Source: Carcharhinus amblyrhynchos
Lineage: Eukaryota
NCBI GenBank assembly: GCA_965287045.1
Contig: OZ336893.1
Location: forward strand, 3,348,001-3,412,000
Length of the DNA: 64,000 nt
Direction of reading: 5' to 3'
Made by a program: the position numbers and the translations under genes. Numbering within the stretch: the first letter of the stretch is position 1; each line of letters opens with the position of its first letter. Below, one piece after another: positions 49,925 through 62,855 of the stretch. The notes beneath the pieces are model-generated. The model was not told where the DNA came from and searched no databases. It saw only the letters and a program-made list of their open reading frames with translations.

Positions 49925-51265
49925 CATAGAAAATAGAAGCAGGTATAGACTATTCGGCCCTTCCAGCCATTCATTATAATTATGGCTGATCAAATTCCAT
50001 ATCCTGATCCCGCTTTCCCCCCATATCCCTTGATTCTTTTAGCCCCAACAGATATATTTAATTCCTTCTTGAAATCACACAAAGTTTTGGAGTTCAACTA
50101 TTCATTCCTTGAATGCTTGCCATATCCTGTCCACTGTCTTTCCTTTCAGTAATGTTTGCCAATCTATCATAGCCAATTCACGCATAGTTACCTTTATTGA
50201 GACCCTGGTCTCAGAGTCAACTTTCCACTATCCATCCTGATAAAGAATTCTATCATATTAAGGTCACTCATTTCCAAGGTTCACAGCAAGATTGCCAACG
50301 AATTCCTTCTCATTGCACAATACCCAAGATGGCCCGCTCCCTTGTCGGTTATACACTCCAATTTCACCCTATTTTACTGTGACTATTTGATTCATCCAAT
50401 TTACATGCAGTTTAAAGTCACCCATAATTGGAGATGTTCCTTTATCACATGCATCACTGAGTTCCAGTTTAACGATTTTCCCAACATTACCACAACAATT
50501 TGATGGTCTGCATACCACCCCCACAAATGTTTTTTGCCCCTTGGCGTTTCTTAACTTGACCCATACAGATTCCACATTGTGCTAATATCTTGCCTCAATA
50601 TTGTGTCAGTAGTCGAAATTTGGCAACTTCCTGCACGCTGTGCCCAGAATACTTTCTAATTTTATCTTTTACTCTTGTTCTATGCTTCTCAGCATTCCAA
50701 TTCTTTTAAACTCTCTCATGAAGCTGATCTTTCTCTACACCCTATGACTGTAATAGTACATTCTGCACTCTCTCCTTTTCTATGTACAATACACTTTGTC
50801 TATATAGCACGCAAGAAACAATACTTTCACTATATACTAATACATGTGACAATAATAAATCAAATATTTAATCTACAATGCAATGCCACCATCTTTTCCT
50901 TTCTGTCTGTTCTTCCTAAACACTGAATAGCTCTCAGTTTTTAGTTCCCATCCTTGGTCACCTTAGAGCCATGCCTCCGTGATCCCAACTATATCTAACT
51001 TTGTATATCTAGCTGCACAACTAATTCATCCATTTTATTTTGAATGCTTTGAGGGTTCAGGTACAAAACCTTAAGGCTAATCATTTCAATGCTCTTTTTC
51101 CCATTCCTATTATTTTTACTGTGCCTTATCTGTTTCTGGACCCTGATTTCTCTGCTTATCTCTTTTCTTATTTTCCTTGTTGTCTTTTTCTCTTGTTCTT
51201 GATTCCACCTGCTCCTTACATAGATTCCCATCCCCTGCTACATTAGTTTAAACCCTCCCCAACCA
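49925..51265 (-). mobile_element. Old, internally deleted CR1 (tail plus APE-region fragments)
   Basis: ESVWVKLRN..VGVVCRPSN..MGDFK; LKVLYLNPQSIQNKMDEL. Confidence 0.7.
50700..50866 (+). mobile_element. Rex1 3'UTR fragment
   Basis: Homologous to the reverse complement of 43737-43890. Confidence 0.75.
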
Positions 51266-51444
51266 CTCTCAAAAGTACCATGCTATTATCTTTTTAGGTG
51301 AGTTAGGATCTTGGATGTGGTGTTTGTTCAATCATCCATTGTGAGCTTGGTCTCGGATCCAAACCGTCTCTCCTGGTTGGGAGGCTGGCAGGTAATGTCA
51401 TATCTGGCTGAAAGGTACTTATCCTCTTTCTCCCTCATCTTGTC

Positions 51445-51620
51445 CAAAGACATGTGGGTTAGGCACATGACTGGCCATGCTAAATTGCCACTTAGTGTTA
51501 GGAGGACTAGTACAGTAAATACGTGGGGTTACAGGAATATGGCCTGAGTGGGATTGTTGTTGGTGCAGGCTCAATGAACTGAATGGCCTTCTTCTGCACT
51601 GTAGGGATTCCATAATTCTA
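51445..51620 (+). mobile_element. HE1 SINE 3' half
   Basis: gtccaaaga..ggttagg..ggccatgctaaattgcc...ctgtagggattc. Confidence 0.75.
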
Positions 51621-51644
51621 AGTTATCAGTTGTTTAAAATTCTT

Positions 51645-51895
51645 ATATGGGATGCAGGTGACGCTGGGCCAGGATTTACTGTCCATTCCTAACTGAGTGG
51701 TTTGCTAGGTAATTTCAAAATGCATTTAAGAGTCAATATTGTCTGGAATGCCCTGCAGACCAGGCCAGATAAGGACAGCAAATTTCCTTCCCTAAAGGAC
51801 ATTGGTGAACCAGATGGGTTTTTTTTAAATAACAATCATAATCACTGGATTTTTAATTCCAGATTTTTAATTGAACCTGTGTCCCCAGAACATTT
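51645..51895 (-). mobile_element. SINE of the 25984-26352 family
   Basis: Reverse-complement homology to its core and tail. Confidence 0.65.
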
Positions 51896-52652
51896 TCGTA
51901 TGTCTCTGCACTATTGCCTCCCCTCAGCTGATACACTCAGCATATGCATGTGTATGGGAGAGATGGGAGTCACATTCACAGTCTTCTTCTTCTTGAGGAA
52001 TTCAAATGATGTTAAGTCCCAGCCAAAATCCTACCCACTTACCTACCCTTTGGCTTGTTAAAGACCTTTAAACCTGGCTGGAACTTTAAACTTGCCTGAC
52101 AGGATCAAAAAAAGTTAAAGGTAAGACATTGATTCTGATTGCCACTCCGTGAAAGTTCAAGCCTAATACCAATGATTCTTTTGTCTCCTGATGATGAATA
52201 GCATAAGTAATACAGTTTTTTATAACTTCTTCCAAAGACTGAGACCCATAGCCATTAAAGAGAGTAATTTTCCCCGGCTCGACAATTTGTGATGTCTAAA
52301 TGTCCTTGGTGTAACTGTTGCAGTATATTAGGTCTCAGAACTCTTGGCGCAACCACTCTCTCATCATAGGTGTCTAAGTCATCAACTACACTGAAGTGTC
52401 TTCTCTGTTCAAAAGTGCTGCCTGGGAAGGGATTCTGGCACGTATGCTGGCCATTCTTTGATGCAATACTCTCAGACCTGAGTGCATTCTTCATTAGATT
52501 TTGGCACATCTTAGATTTAATTCAGTCACTGAGTTGTAGGTAGAGCTGTGGTTGTTGTTGATGTCAAAGTTTTTACCTCTTCAACAAGGGCTGTGTCACC
52601 TTGTTCAGGCCTTGTTACTCAGATTTAGGACAATGCATCTGCAATGAAGGAC

Positions 52653-52970
52653 TTTTTAGCAGTTGAAGGCTCTCAGTATAGTCGTGTCACTACACAATAC
52701 TATTCTTCGTGATCTGCTTGTGCTCTTCAGTGTCTAAGATCACTTACAATTACATAGCAATTTTCAATACCAATTAATTCCCACATATGAGAATAAATGT
52801 TTTGCAAAACTAGCATAGATCAGAAGATTGTGGACTATGCTTTTTCAATAATGATGCAGCAGGTTGTCACAAACTGGTGCTTTGTGTTACATTTATATTG
52901 CAGTGAGTAATGTATAAAATTGAAGCACATGGGATTGGGGGTGGTGAATTGAGATGGATAGAAAACTGGT
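52653..52970 (+). repeat. 318-bp dispersed direct duplicate of 55286-55604
   Basis: Near-identical by eye, with only scattered substitutions. Confidence 0.95.
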
Positions 52971-54529
52971 TTCCCAGATCATTCTCTGGTTGGGCTTTTC
53001 CAACCCTCCTGCTGGTGGGGACTTTTGGTCTCTCTGAAGGCAACCCAGCAGCATGGCCAGCAGGCAACAGAAATGGCCTCAACTCCAAGCAGGAACACAA
53101 GATCTCACCAGCAGCCAATGGTGAATTACTTCCACATCTGGGGCGGGGGAAAGACAGGAGAGCAGAAAATCCCAGCCTCTGCCTTTGCATCAAACATCAT
53201 CATCTGAAGTCTGAAACTTCGTACTCATTGGGGCATTTTTGCCAACTAGGGTTTGTGGTCAGTCTCTGTGTTGAATTGAGAACACAAATGTAATCTGCAA
53301 ACATTTCACATGCACTTGTAGCAACCAATGCTTCTTTCTCTATCACTACATATCTCTGTTTGGTCATTTGTCAATTAACGGTATGCATAGTAAGCTGGTC
53401 AATACTTTCCATCAGTGTGTAACTGAAAGATTCCAGTCCTTTTGAAGTTTGCAACAATGGGTCATAGTAAGCTAAAATGTCAGATGATATCAGCACCTCT
53501 TTGATTTTCTAATAACAGCTGTATAGTGGCTCCTCCCCATTATCTTGTAACAGCTGACATAGTGGCTTATTGATAATGACTAGTTTAGGCAAGGGCTTTC
53601 CAACTTGGTTCACCATATTCATGAATCTCTGGAGCTCAGCCACATTGGGAGGAGCTGGAAACACCTTATTGCTCTTGTCTTCTATGGATGAACTCCAGAT
53701 CTATAATATGCCCAAGGAACTTGACAGTTGGCTGTGACAATTCACATTTGTTGTTAAATGTAATACCTACTTCTTGTAGTCAACACAGGAATGTTCTGTC
53801 TGAGTGGATCAGGATATCATCCATGAGACTAATGACTCCATCCAGTCTTTCTAGGATGTTCAACATTGTCCTCTGGAAGATTTCTGGCCTGATGTAATGC
53901 CGAAGGGTAATCCGTTGAAACAAAAGTTCTCAAAAGATGGAATGAAAATTGTGAGCAACTTAGACACTTTAGTGAAGCATAGTTGCCAAAAACCGTTATT
54001 TGCATCTAGCTTCATGAAGATTGAAGTCTTTCCCAATTTTGCGGAGCTCTTATCCAGACGGCAGAGAATGAAATTCACATTCATCTGCTTTGTTTAGCTG
54101 GATAAGGTCTATACAAATTCTGCTAGACACATTGGGCTCTGGCACTGATACTATCCTCAGTGGGAACCAACCAGCTTGTTTGCTCTATCACAGGTGAAAT
54201 AGTCTCTTGCTTCAAAAGAGAGTAAAATACCTTTCTTATCTTTGCAAGAGTGGATGAGAAACTTGCATGCAAAAAGGCATACTGGCTTTGTTTCTGGACA
54301 TAGAGTGATGTGGTATGCGGTCTTCAGCTTTCCTGTGAACAGCTACGGAAATTCAGCTCTGAATTTTTTAGGCTGATCTTGACTTTTCTTTCCTTCTGCT
54401 TTGCAAGTCAGATGTAAGTTGGCAAGTTTTCCTGTGTAAGAAGAAATGACTCTGGTACAGGATCACATTTAAGGTCTCAGTGACTTTTCTCTCTTTATGT
54501 TGGAAGGTTGCATTCAGTTGTCTTACAAC

Positions 54530-54660
54530 CATAGAGCCATAGAATCCTACAGTGCAGAAAGAGGTCCTTCGGCCCATTGAGTCTGCACCGACCACAATCC
54601 CACCCAGGCCCTACCCACATATCCCTAAATACTTTACCCGCTAATTCCTCTAAGCATCTC
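54530..54660 (-). mobile_element. HE1 SINE 3' fragment inside the Gypsy remnant
   Basis: catagaatcctacagtgcagaaagagg..ttcggcccat.gagtctgcaccgaccacaatcccaccc. Confidence 0.8.
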
Positions 54661-55543
54661 ATAGCATCTCACCTTGAGTGCTGTACCTCTTAGCTTCTTG
54701 TATTACATCTGAGGAAAACTTTTCTTTAACTATGGTTCAGCATCAAGAACCACCGAAACTGCTACACCTGTGTCCAACTTAAAATGAGTCTTATTCCTTT
54801 GACTAGGATATCGGTGCTGCAACAATTCCCGCTTGGTTCCTGGATCTCTCTAAGGAAAGGTATGTCAATATCATTGATATCTTTGACTTCTCCCAATTAT
54901 ACTGCAATTTGCATGTCATTTCATATAATGCAATCGCATAAAATCTAATATTGCCAGCAGTTAGTATAAATAATGTTTATTTGGGCTAGAATTTGAGAGG
55001 ACTAACAATCATTTGTTGCAAATTGGAAAAATCTACTAACACTAGGGTGAACCCCTTTGTCATCTCCATTAAAATATTTTAAAATAATAAGTGAATTCTA
55101 ACAATTATAGAAAATACAATACCAATCTCAATAGCTACTTTCTTTTGTAACAAATATAGGGTTTGCAACCCATGTCACAACATCACTAAACACAGTATTA
55201 CCAAAGGCTCAAGAGTAAGAATGGATGATAATTTAGTGTGTATTTGCGCAGTAGTGATGATGAAGGCCATGTTTCCATTCTTTTATTTTTAGCAGTTGAA
55301 GGCTCTCAGGATAGTCGTGTCACTACACAATACTATTCTTCGTGATCTGCTTGTGCTCTTCAGTGTCTAAGATCACTTACAATTACATAGCAATTTTCAA
55401 TACCAATTAATTCCCACATATGAGAATAAATGTTTTGCAAAACTAGCATAGATCAGAAGATTGTGGACTATATTTTTTTCAATAATGATGCAGCAGGTTG
55501 TCACGAACTGGTGCTTTGTGTTACATATATATTGCAGTGAGTA

Positions 55544-56582
55544 ATGTGTAAAATTAAAGCACATGGGATTGGGGGTGGTGAATTGAGATGGATAGAAAAC
55601 TGGTCGGCAAAACAAATGGCAGGCAGTAGTGGGGGAACCACAGGAACCCAACAATTCACTATGTATATTAATCATTTAGTTGAGGAAACTAAATGTAATG
55701 TCTTCAAATTTGCTGAGTGCGCAAAACTAGGTGGGAGATTGAGCTGTGAGAAGGATGCAGAGATCCTTCAGTGTGATTTGGAAAAGTTGAGTGAGTAGGC
55801 AAATGCATGGCAAATGCATGATAATTTGGATAAAAGTGAAGTTACTCACTTTGGTAGTAAAAACAGGCAGATTATTATCTGAAGGGTCATAAATTAGGAG
55901 AGGTGAATGTGTAACGATACCCTTGTATACCAGTCACTGACGGTAGGCATGCAGGTGCAGCAGCCAATAAAAAAAGGCAAATAGTATGTTGGCCTTCATA
56001 GCAAGAGGATTTGAGTGTAGGAACAGGGATATCTTGCTGCAATCATACCGGGCCTTGGTGAAGCCACACCTGGAATATGGTGTGAAGTTTTGGTCTCCTT
56101 ATCTGAGGAGGGAAGTTCTTGCTCCAGAGAAAGTACAGAGAAGATTTACTGATTCCTGGGATGGCAGGACTGATATGAATCGGTTTGGATTGTAATAACT
56201 GGAGTTCAGAAGTATTAAGGGGAATCTCATAGAAGCTTATAAAATTCTAACAGGACTAGACAAGGTACATGCAAGAAGAATATTCCCGATGGTGTGGGTG
56301 TCCAGTACCGGTGGTCACAGTCTAAGATAATAGGCAGATCATTTAAGACAGAGATGAGGTGAAATATCTTCACCCAGAGAGTGGTCAGCCTGTGGAATTC
56401 ACTACCATGGAAAGTAGTTAAGGCCAAAACATTGTATATTTTCAAGAAGCAATTAGATATAGCACTTGGATGAATGGGATCAGGCAACTAAATTAGATGA
56501 TCAGCCATGATCATAATGAATGGTTGAGCAGACTTGAATGTTGAATGGCCTCTACCTGCTCCTATTTTCTATGTTTCTATGT
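55544..56582 (+). mobile_element. Old CR1 RT region and tail
   Basis: KIKAHGIGG..LRWIENW; MLAFIARGFE; tail ttctatgtttctatg. Confidence 0.85.
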
Positions 56583-57044
56583 GACTGGTTTCAGCTGTGA
56601 TACCTATCAAATTAAAGCTCAGAGAAGGTAGGCGGCAATGTGAGCACTGCCTAAGCTCAAAATTAACCATCTCAGCTCCAGTTCCACAGGCCAAAGAGGG
56701 TGGCAGTACCACACAGTAAGACCCCAAAAGCAGGCTGGAACCCTTCAGGCCTTGGCCCTCTAGAGATTATCACAGTCAACACGGATGTAGCAGAAGGGTA
56801 AGAAAGGTGAAGAAGGTCTAGTTGGACAGCGTGGACACACATGTTAAGCATCTGTGAATTGCTTCCACCTCTGTAAATAAACTTATTTATTGCATCTTGC
56901 TCCTTGCTTTGATGAAATGTTTTCCTCTAGTGCTGACCAGACAACTTTGAGGATCTATGCATTATCCCCACTGCAAATTGTCATCATCCTCCTGCAATAG
57001 GACGATGGGAAAACGCTCTCTCCTCATGGTGTGAGCCTTATCAA

Positions 57045-58660
57045 AGAACAAAGGAGATGTGAGAAGCAAGTTTTTTTACAGCACAAGAATCAGCCCTTTG
57101 GCCCATCACGACTGCACCATCACATGACACCTTTCTTAACTAAAGACATTTTGTGTCAATGTGGTCCATCTCTCTCTCTTCACCACCTCTTCATTTATCT
57201 GTCAAGATGCCTCTTAAACATTGCTATTGTACCTGCTTCTATTAAGTCCTCTGGCAGTGCATTCCGGGCACCTCCTTTAAACTTTCCCCCTTTTTATGGT
57301 AAACTTATATCGCTTAGTAATTGATGTCTCTACCCTGGGAAAAAGACTCTGACTAGGCATTCTATGTCTTTCATACTTTTGTAAACAGGTCGTGTCCTTA
57401 GTCTCCAACGTTCAAGAGAAAATAAACCAAATTTGTCCAATTTCTCTTAATACCACCTCAGGGTGGCACGGTAGCACAGTGGTTAGCACTGCTGCTTCAC
57501 AGCTCCAGGGACCTGGGTTCGATTCCCGCTCGGGTCACTGTCTGTGTGGAGTTTGCACATTCTCCTCGTGTCTGCGTGGGTTTCCTCGAGGTGCTCCGGT
57601 TTCCTCCCATAGTCCAAAGATGTGCAGGTTAGGTTGATTGGCCATGATAAAATTGCCCCTTAGTGTCCTGAGATGCATAGGTTAGAGGGATTAATGGGTA
57701 AAATATGTAGGGATATGGGGGTAGGGCCTGGGTGGGATTGTGGTCGGTGCAGACACGATGGGCCGAAGGGTATCTAATACCGACCAAGCCAGGCGACATC
57801 CTGGTGAAGCTTTTCTGTATCTTCTCCAAAGTCTCCATATCCTGCTGGTAATGTGGTAGCCAGAACTGTACACAGAATTCCAAATGTGGCCTAACTAAAA
57901 TTCTATACAGCTGCAACATGACTTGCCAACTTTTATATTCTATGTCCTGACTGATGAAGGCAAACATGCCATATCTCTTCTTGACCACCTTATCCAATTG
58001 TGTTGCCACTTTCAGGGAACTGTGGATCTGTATGCCTAGATTCCTCTGTATGTTAATGCTTTTAAGGACCTTTCACTGTATTCTTCCCTCCTGCATTAGA
58101 CCTTACAAAATGCATCACCTCTTTTGCCCAGATTAATTTCCATCTGCCATTTCTTCGCCCAAGTCTCCAGCCTATCAGTATCCTGCTGTATCCTCTGGTG
58201 ATCCTCCTCACTCCCTGCAGCTCCCCCAGTCATTGTGTCGTATGCAAACTTATTAATCAGACCACTCACATTCTTCTCCAAATCATTTATAAATATAACA
58301 AACCACAGGGGTCCCAACACTGACCCTGCAGAACACGACTGGTCACAGGTCACCAGACAGAAAAACATCCTTCCACTGATGATCTCTCTTTTACGACTAA
58401 GCCAGTTCTGTATCCATCTTACCAGCTCACTGCAGATCCCACGTGACTTCACCTTCTGCATTTGGCTGCCATCTTGTAAAAGGCCTTGCTAATATCAATG
58501 TAGACAACATTCACCACCCTGCCCTCACAAATCATCTTTGTCACTTCCGTGAAAAACTCAGTCAAGTTTGTGAGACACGATCACCCCTTGTACAAAGCCA
58601 TTCTGCCTATTGGTAATAAGTCTATCTTTTTCCAAATTTGAGTAAATCCCTTCCCGAAGA
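57045..58660 (-). mobile_element. Old CR1 RT region split by an HE1 SINE
   Basis: GSVLGPLWFVIFINDL..KFAYD; VRPHLEFCVQFW. Confidence 0.85.
57461..57770 (+). mobile_element. Nearly full-length HE1 V-SINE
   Basis: A box tagcacagtgg, B box ggttcgattcc, V-domain, tail ggtcggtgcagacacgatgggccgaaggg. Confidence 0.92.
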
Positions 58661-58669
58661 AATCAGTGA

Positions 58670-59950
58670 GGGTATATGCTGTCGGCAGTCAGATAGAAGA
58701 GGAATGTCCATAGAAGGGGCACAAGAATGATAGGATGTCCTCAGTCGTTCATCTCATCACTCTCCATGAATCACATGGCAATGAGGAGACCCAAAGTCAT
58801 CTACCCCGTCTGGCCATTGTCACTGCCCCAAGGCTAATATCCTCTCCCTCTGGGATCTTCTCTTCCTCATCCATCTCAAATTCCTCCTCATTCTAGGAAG
58901 TGTACCACTTCTCCAAATCTTCCTCAGGCAGTTCCTCCCCCCGGTGAAGCACCAGCTTGTGAAGGAGCAACAGATGACCACGATGCACAATACCTTCTGT
59001 GGACTGTACTGCAGACTGGTATTGGGACCAAAATGCCAATGATCTGCTTCAACAAAGTATGAGTAGCAGTATGAGCCTCACTGTATCTACTTCATTGCTG
59101 CATTCTGCAGTCTCTACAAAGGTGACATCAGCAACATCCTCAATGGTTATTGCCTGTCTCTGAGAAGCCAACCCATAGCCGCCATGGACCCTCAAACACG
59201 CCAGGGATCTGAGAGCAGTTTGGAGTATGTGAATCGTGTACCCTCAAGACACGCCTGGAAGATTCGCTTTGTGTGGCTGCAGACCAGCTGAATATTCAAG
59301 AAATGGGAGCCCTTGTGTTTCATGAAATGCATTTCTTCATGCCACAGGAATTGGAGAACATGTGAATTCAGACGATGGTACCTGCACCTGTGAAAAACCA
59401 AATATCCGCACGAATCCTCTGGTTCTAGCCTGATCCAGCTTGAAACAGACAAAGCTTTCTGCCCTAACAAAGAGCGCATCTATCATCTCCTGGATACATT
59501 TACACATGAAGGTTTATGGGATCCTGCAAAGGTCACCCATGAAGCCAGGGAAGGATCCAGATGTGTAAAAGCTAAGGTGTTTGAATTTCAACACCACAGA
59601 CAGTTGATGTCCTCCAGTCCCCATGCTGCCAAATCCTGCAGAAGGATGAATAGAACATAGAACATAGTATAAGTGAGCCATCAGTTTCCTTGCCAGATGT
59701 CTTTGGTGACACTGTTTCTTGCTCCTTTGCATAAAGGCCAGGTGCTGTAAGTAGTCCATGGGTCAAGAAAGGTGGTCTGAGCAATCACTATCGGGGCTAT
59801 CTCCTGTGCCTATAGAGAAGCCCTGCTACACCTTCTTCCTCAAGGTTCTTCTTGGGCCTGTGGAAAGTCAAGTACCTTTGCTGATGTCTTCTCTCCTCTC
59901 TGAACCAGAACAATGGTAGTCTGTTCCACAGACTCCATTTCTCCCTCATT
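58670..59950 (-). pseudogene. Second Harbinger transposase remnant
   Basis: FMKHKGSHFLNIQLVCSH (compare NRKG.HSLNVQ.VCD), FYTSGSFPG..GDLCRI, LHKL followed by an acidic tail. Confidence 0.75.
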
Positions 59951-60454
59951 CAAATCATTAAAAAATAAAGCAGACACTTCACTCGAAGCTTGTGTCTCCT
60001 AAGTTGCACTGTTTGCCCAAACCCCTTCAGGAGCTGTGTCTAGATGACCAGTAATTCATATGCTGGCTATCACATTGAAATTCCCACCCCACCTTGATCA
60101 AGTGGCCATAGCTTTGGTTGTGCTGCGGCATCTGGGGCTCTCATCTCAATATCCTAAGCTTGTCTCTAAGGCCTTGTGTACAGCCTAATCGAAAGGGAGC
60201 ACCTGTCAGAACACACACAGCATACTGGCTGGAGCAGTCACCTCAGCCAGTGTGCTCTTGCTAACCGTCAAAGGGAATGTACGTACTTACCCAGTTAGAA
60301 AATGGTGCAAGGAGACCTTGGTAGTCACTGAATTTGGTAGTTACTGCACCAGGTGCAGAGTGGCATTCAGTGACATTCACTCATCAGTGGTGATTTAGTG
60401 GGCACAGTTGAGTGAGCAGTCAGACTATAAGCATGTTAACTGACTAAGAAGGAA

Positions 60455-61240
60455 GTTACTGCATAAGCTGGAATCTGAAACGTAATGAGAAAATGCTGGA
60501 AAATTGTAGCATGTCTGACAGCATCTGTGAAGACAGAACAGAACAGGCGTTCAGTTTGGATGACTCTTCATCAGAGCTGAAGACAACTGGAAATAGGATG
60601 ACATTTGTGGGGGCAGGAGTGTATGTTGAAGCTGTGGGGCTTGATAGAGGGCTACTGATAGGTGGAGGCAAGTGAGAGATGGACAAAAGGACGAAGAAAT
60701 TGATGATGATCATGGCCAAGAAGTGTTTTGATAGTGGCACATTAAGAGATCAGAATGTATTACTGGCAGAATAAAGCTGAGCAGTGTGACAAAGGACAAC
60801 CTGAAACAGGCAACAGATGGCCCTAGTTGGTGGAATGGTGGGAGGGGAGACAGTGCTAAAGGAAAAAAGATGGAAAATGATTTAAGAAAAGGGGAATGGA
60901 AAAATTTATGGAAGTAATGAAAAAAATTGATGAAAACGGGGCAAAGGGAGAGGAGAGAGTTCACAGTCTGAAGTGCAGGCAAGGGAACTCAACGTTCGTT
61001 CAGAAAGCTGTAAAGCGATGAGGTGCAGTTCCTCCAGTTTGTGTTAGGCTTCACTGGAACATTGCAACAGGCCAAGGGTGGACATATGGATACGAGAGCA
61101 GGATGGTGTGTTGAAATGGCAAGTGACAGGAAGGTATGGGTCCTGCTTGCGGATGGATTAAATGTGTTCTGCAAAGTGGTCACCGAATCTGTGTTTAGTC
61201 TCTCCAATGTAGAGTAGATTGCATTGGAAGCAGCAAGTGC
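60455..61240 (-). mobile_element. Penelope-like retroelement: GIY-YIG endonuclease end and terminal region
   Basis: CFQCNLLYIGETKHRFGDHFAEH; downstream CTGATGA..GAAC hammerhead-like motif at 60549-60574. Confidence 0.85.
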
Positions 61241-61551
61241 AATAATGATAATTCTTGTGTGGAGGCCCGATAATGAGATGTTGATGTATTGAAATAAGGG
61301 ACCCAACTTGCATGGTGGGAAACATGGCCCGCCACTGACAGGGGGAGGGGACAATCATAACATTCTGGCCAATGTAAAATGCAATCTGGGCTTCTCGTGA
61401 GATTTTCCTCTCCTGTTGCCAAATCTATCCAAAAAAACTGGAATGGAAAATCTTGGCTATAGTGTCCAACATTAGACGTAATTCTGTCATTGGACAACAT
61501 TTGCTACATACTCTTCAGAGTGCTAAGAATTACTTTGACAATGAATTTAAA

Positions 61552-61825
61552 AGCTTAAAGTTTCTTTATTATTGTCACAAGTAGGCTTAGATTAAAACTA
61601 CAATGAAGTTACTGTGAGAATCCCCTAGTTGTCACATTTCAGCACTTGTTTGGATACACTGAGGGGGAATTTAACATAGCCAATGCACCTAACCAGCAAG
61701 TCTTCTGGATTGTGGGATGAAACTGAAGCACCTGGAGGAAACCGATGCAGACACGGGGAGAACGTGCAGACTCCACACACACAGTTGGGAATCGAACCTG
61801 GGTCCCTGGCACTGCGAGGCAGCAG
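61552..61825 (-). mobile_element. V-SINE with Rex1-like tail
   Basis: Homologous to 33622-33918. Confidence 0.83.
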
Positions 61826-62294
61826 TCAGGCTTGCATTATGGCATGTATATGTACTGAAAGCTACATATATTAATACAGAAGATCCTATCCTTTGCACAC
61901 TGATAGAACATGTTTACACACTGCATCTGTTTCAGCTGAACAAAGTAGATGACGGCCATTATTTGATTCATTCCTCAGGGCAATTCCTTGATCAATTGGT
62001 CAAATCGCCCAGTTTAAATTTCAAACGAAGCTTGGCCGTTATTTGTCAGCCACATCTGCTGGTGCGTTTTTCATCATAGCACCTCTACTAATCAGAGTCC
62101 ACCTGCCAATCCAATCAGCATTCTCTTCTCACAGTATAAATTGTTGCTTTCCCCTTTTATTCTGTATATTGTATTATCAAATGACAACTGTCTCTTACAT
62201 CAAGCATTTAATGGTCAATCAAGTAACTAGTTTCCTGATGTCATACTTGTTTCTTTTCTCTTAGTTTGTTCAATCTCAGGATCCTGCTTTATAA

Positions 62295-62855
62295 GCCTTC
62301 TCTTTGAACTCTGTGCTACTTGATGTACTCTCTTTCTCTCTCTGAATTTCATGCTGCATTATGGCTCCTCTCACTCTCTCTCCGAATTGCTTCATGGGCT
62401 TTTGCTCTTAAACGTCTTTATAGGCTCTGTACTCTCTCCAACTACTCTTTGTTTCATGGACTTGCTCTCTCCAACTCTATGCTGCTTTATTGGCTCTCTC
62501 TGTCTCCAAATTCCGTGCTGCTTTACGGACGCGCTCCAAACTTCATGCGGTTTTATGAATTCTCTCTCAAAACTCCATGCCACTTTATGGACTCTCTCTC
62601 TCCAAACTCCATCCTGCCTAAAGATCTCTCTCTCCGAATTCCACGACGCTTTATGGTCTCTCTCTTTCTCCAAACTCCACACTGCTTTTTGGGCTCACTC
62701 TCTCTCTAAACTCCACGCTGCTTTTTGGGCTCACTCTCTCTCTAAACTCCACGCTGCTTTTTGGGTTCACTCTCTCTGAACTCCACACTATATGTGCTGT
62801 CTCTCCCATCCAACTGTATGTTGTTTTATGGGCTTTCTACTCTCTCCAGCTAAGC
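62295..62855. repeat. Degenerate ~36-bp minisatellite, about 15 units (ctctctctaaactccacgctgctttttgggctca)
   Basis: Periodic aactcc..gctg.ttta/ttgg.ctc(tc)n; the best-conserved units are at 62665-62780. Confidence 0.85.

Larger units (their letters stand above)
52190..54860 (-). mobile_element. Gypsy/Ty3 LTR retrotransposon pol remnant (protease-RT-RNase H-integrase N-terminus)
   Basis: FKLDTGVAVS (~54780); KLDANNGFWQ and GLPFGITS (53860-54084); MDDILI (~53815); IEKEAL..ACE.FADY (~53300); IADALS (~52635); LQQLHQGHL..C (52255-52509). Confidence 0.88.

Noticed and set aside
57461-57540. tRNA genes at the A/B-box heads
   Set aside because: The heads continue into the V-domain and LINE-derived tail, so they are SINEs, not tRNAs.
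61930-62190. Possible further Penelope-like terminal fragment (ccaatcag motifs, tataaa)
   Set aside because: Truncated before any hammerhead core and has no coding evidence; family not supportable.
62320-62779. 129-142 aa ORFs and CRISPR-like periodicity
   Set aside because: Tandem minisatellite with no unique spacers; the ORFs are by-products of the repeat.
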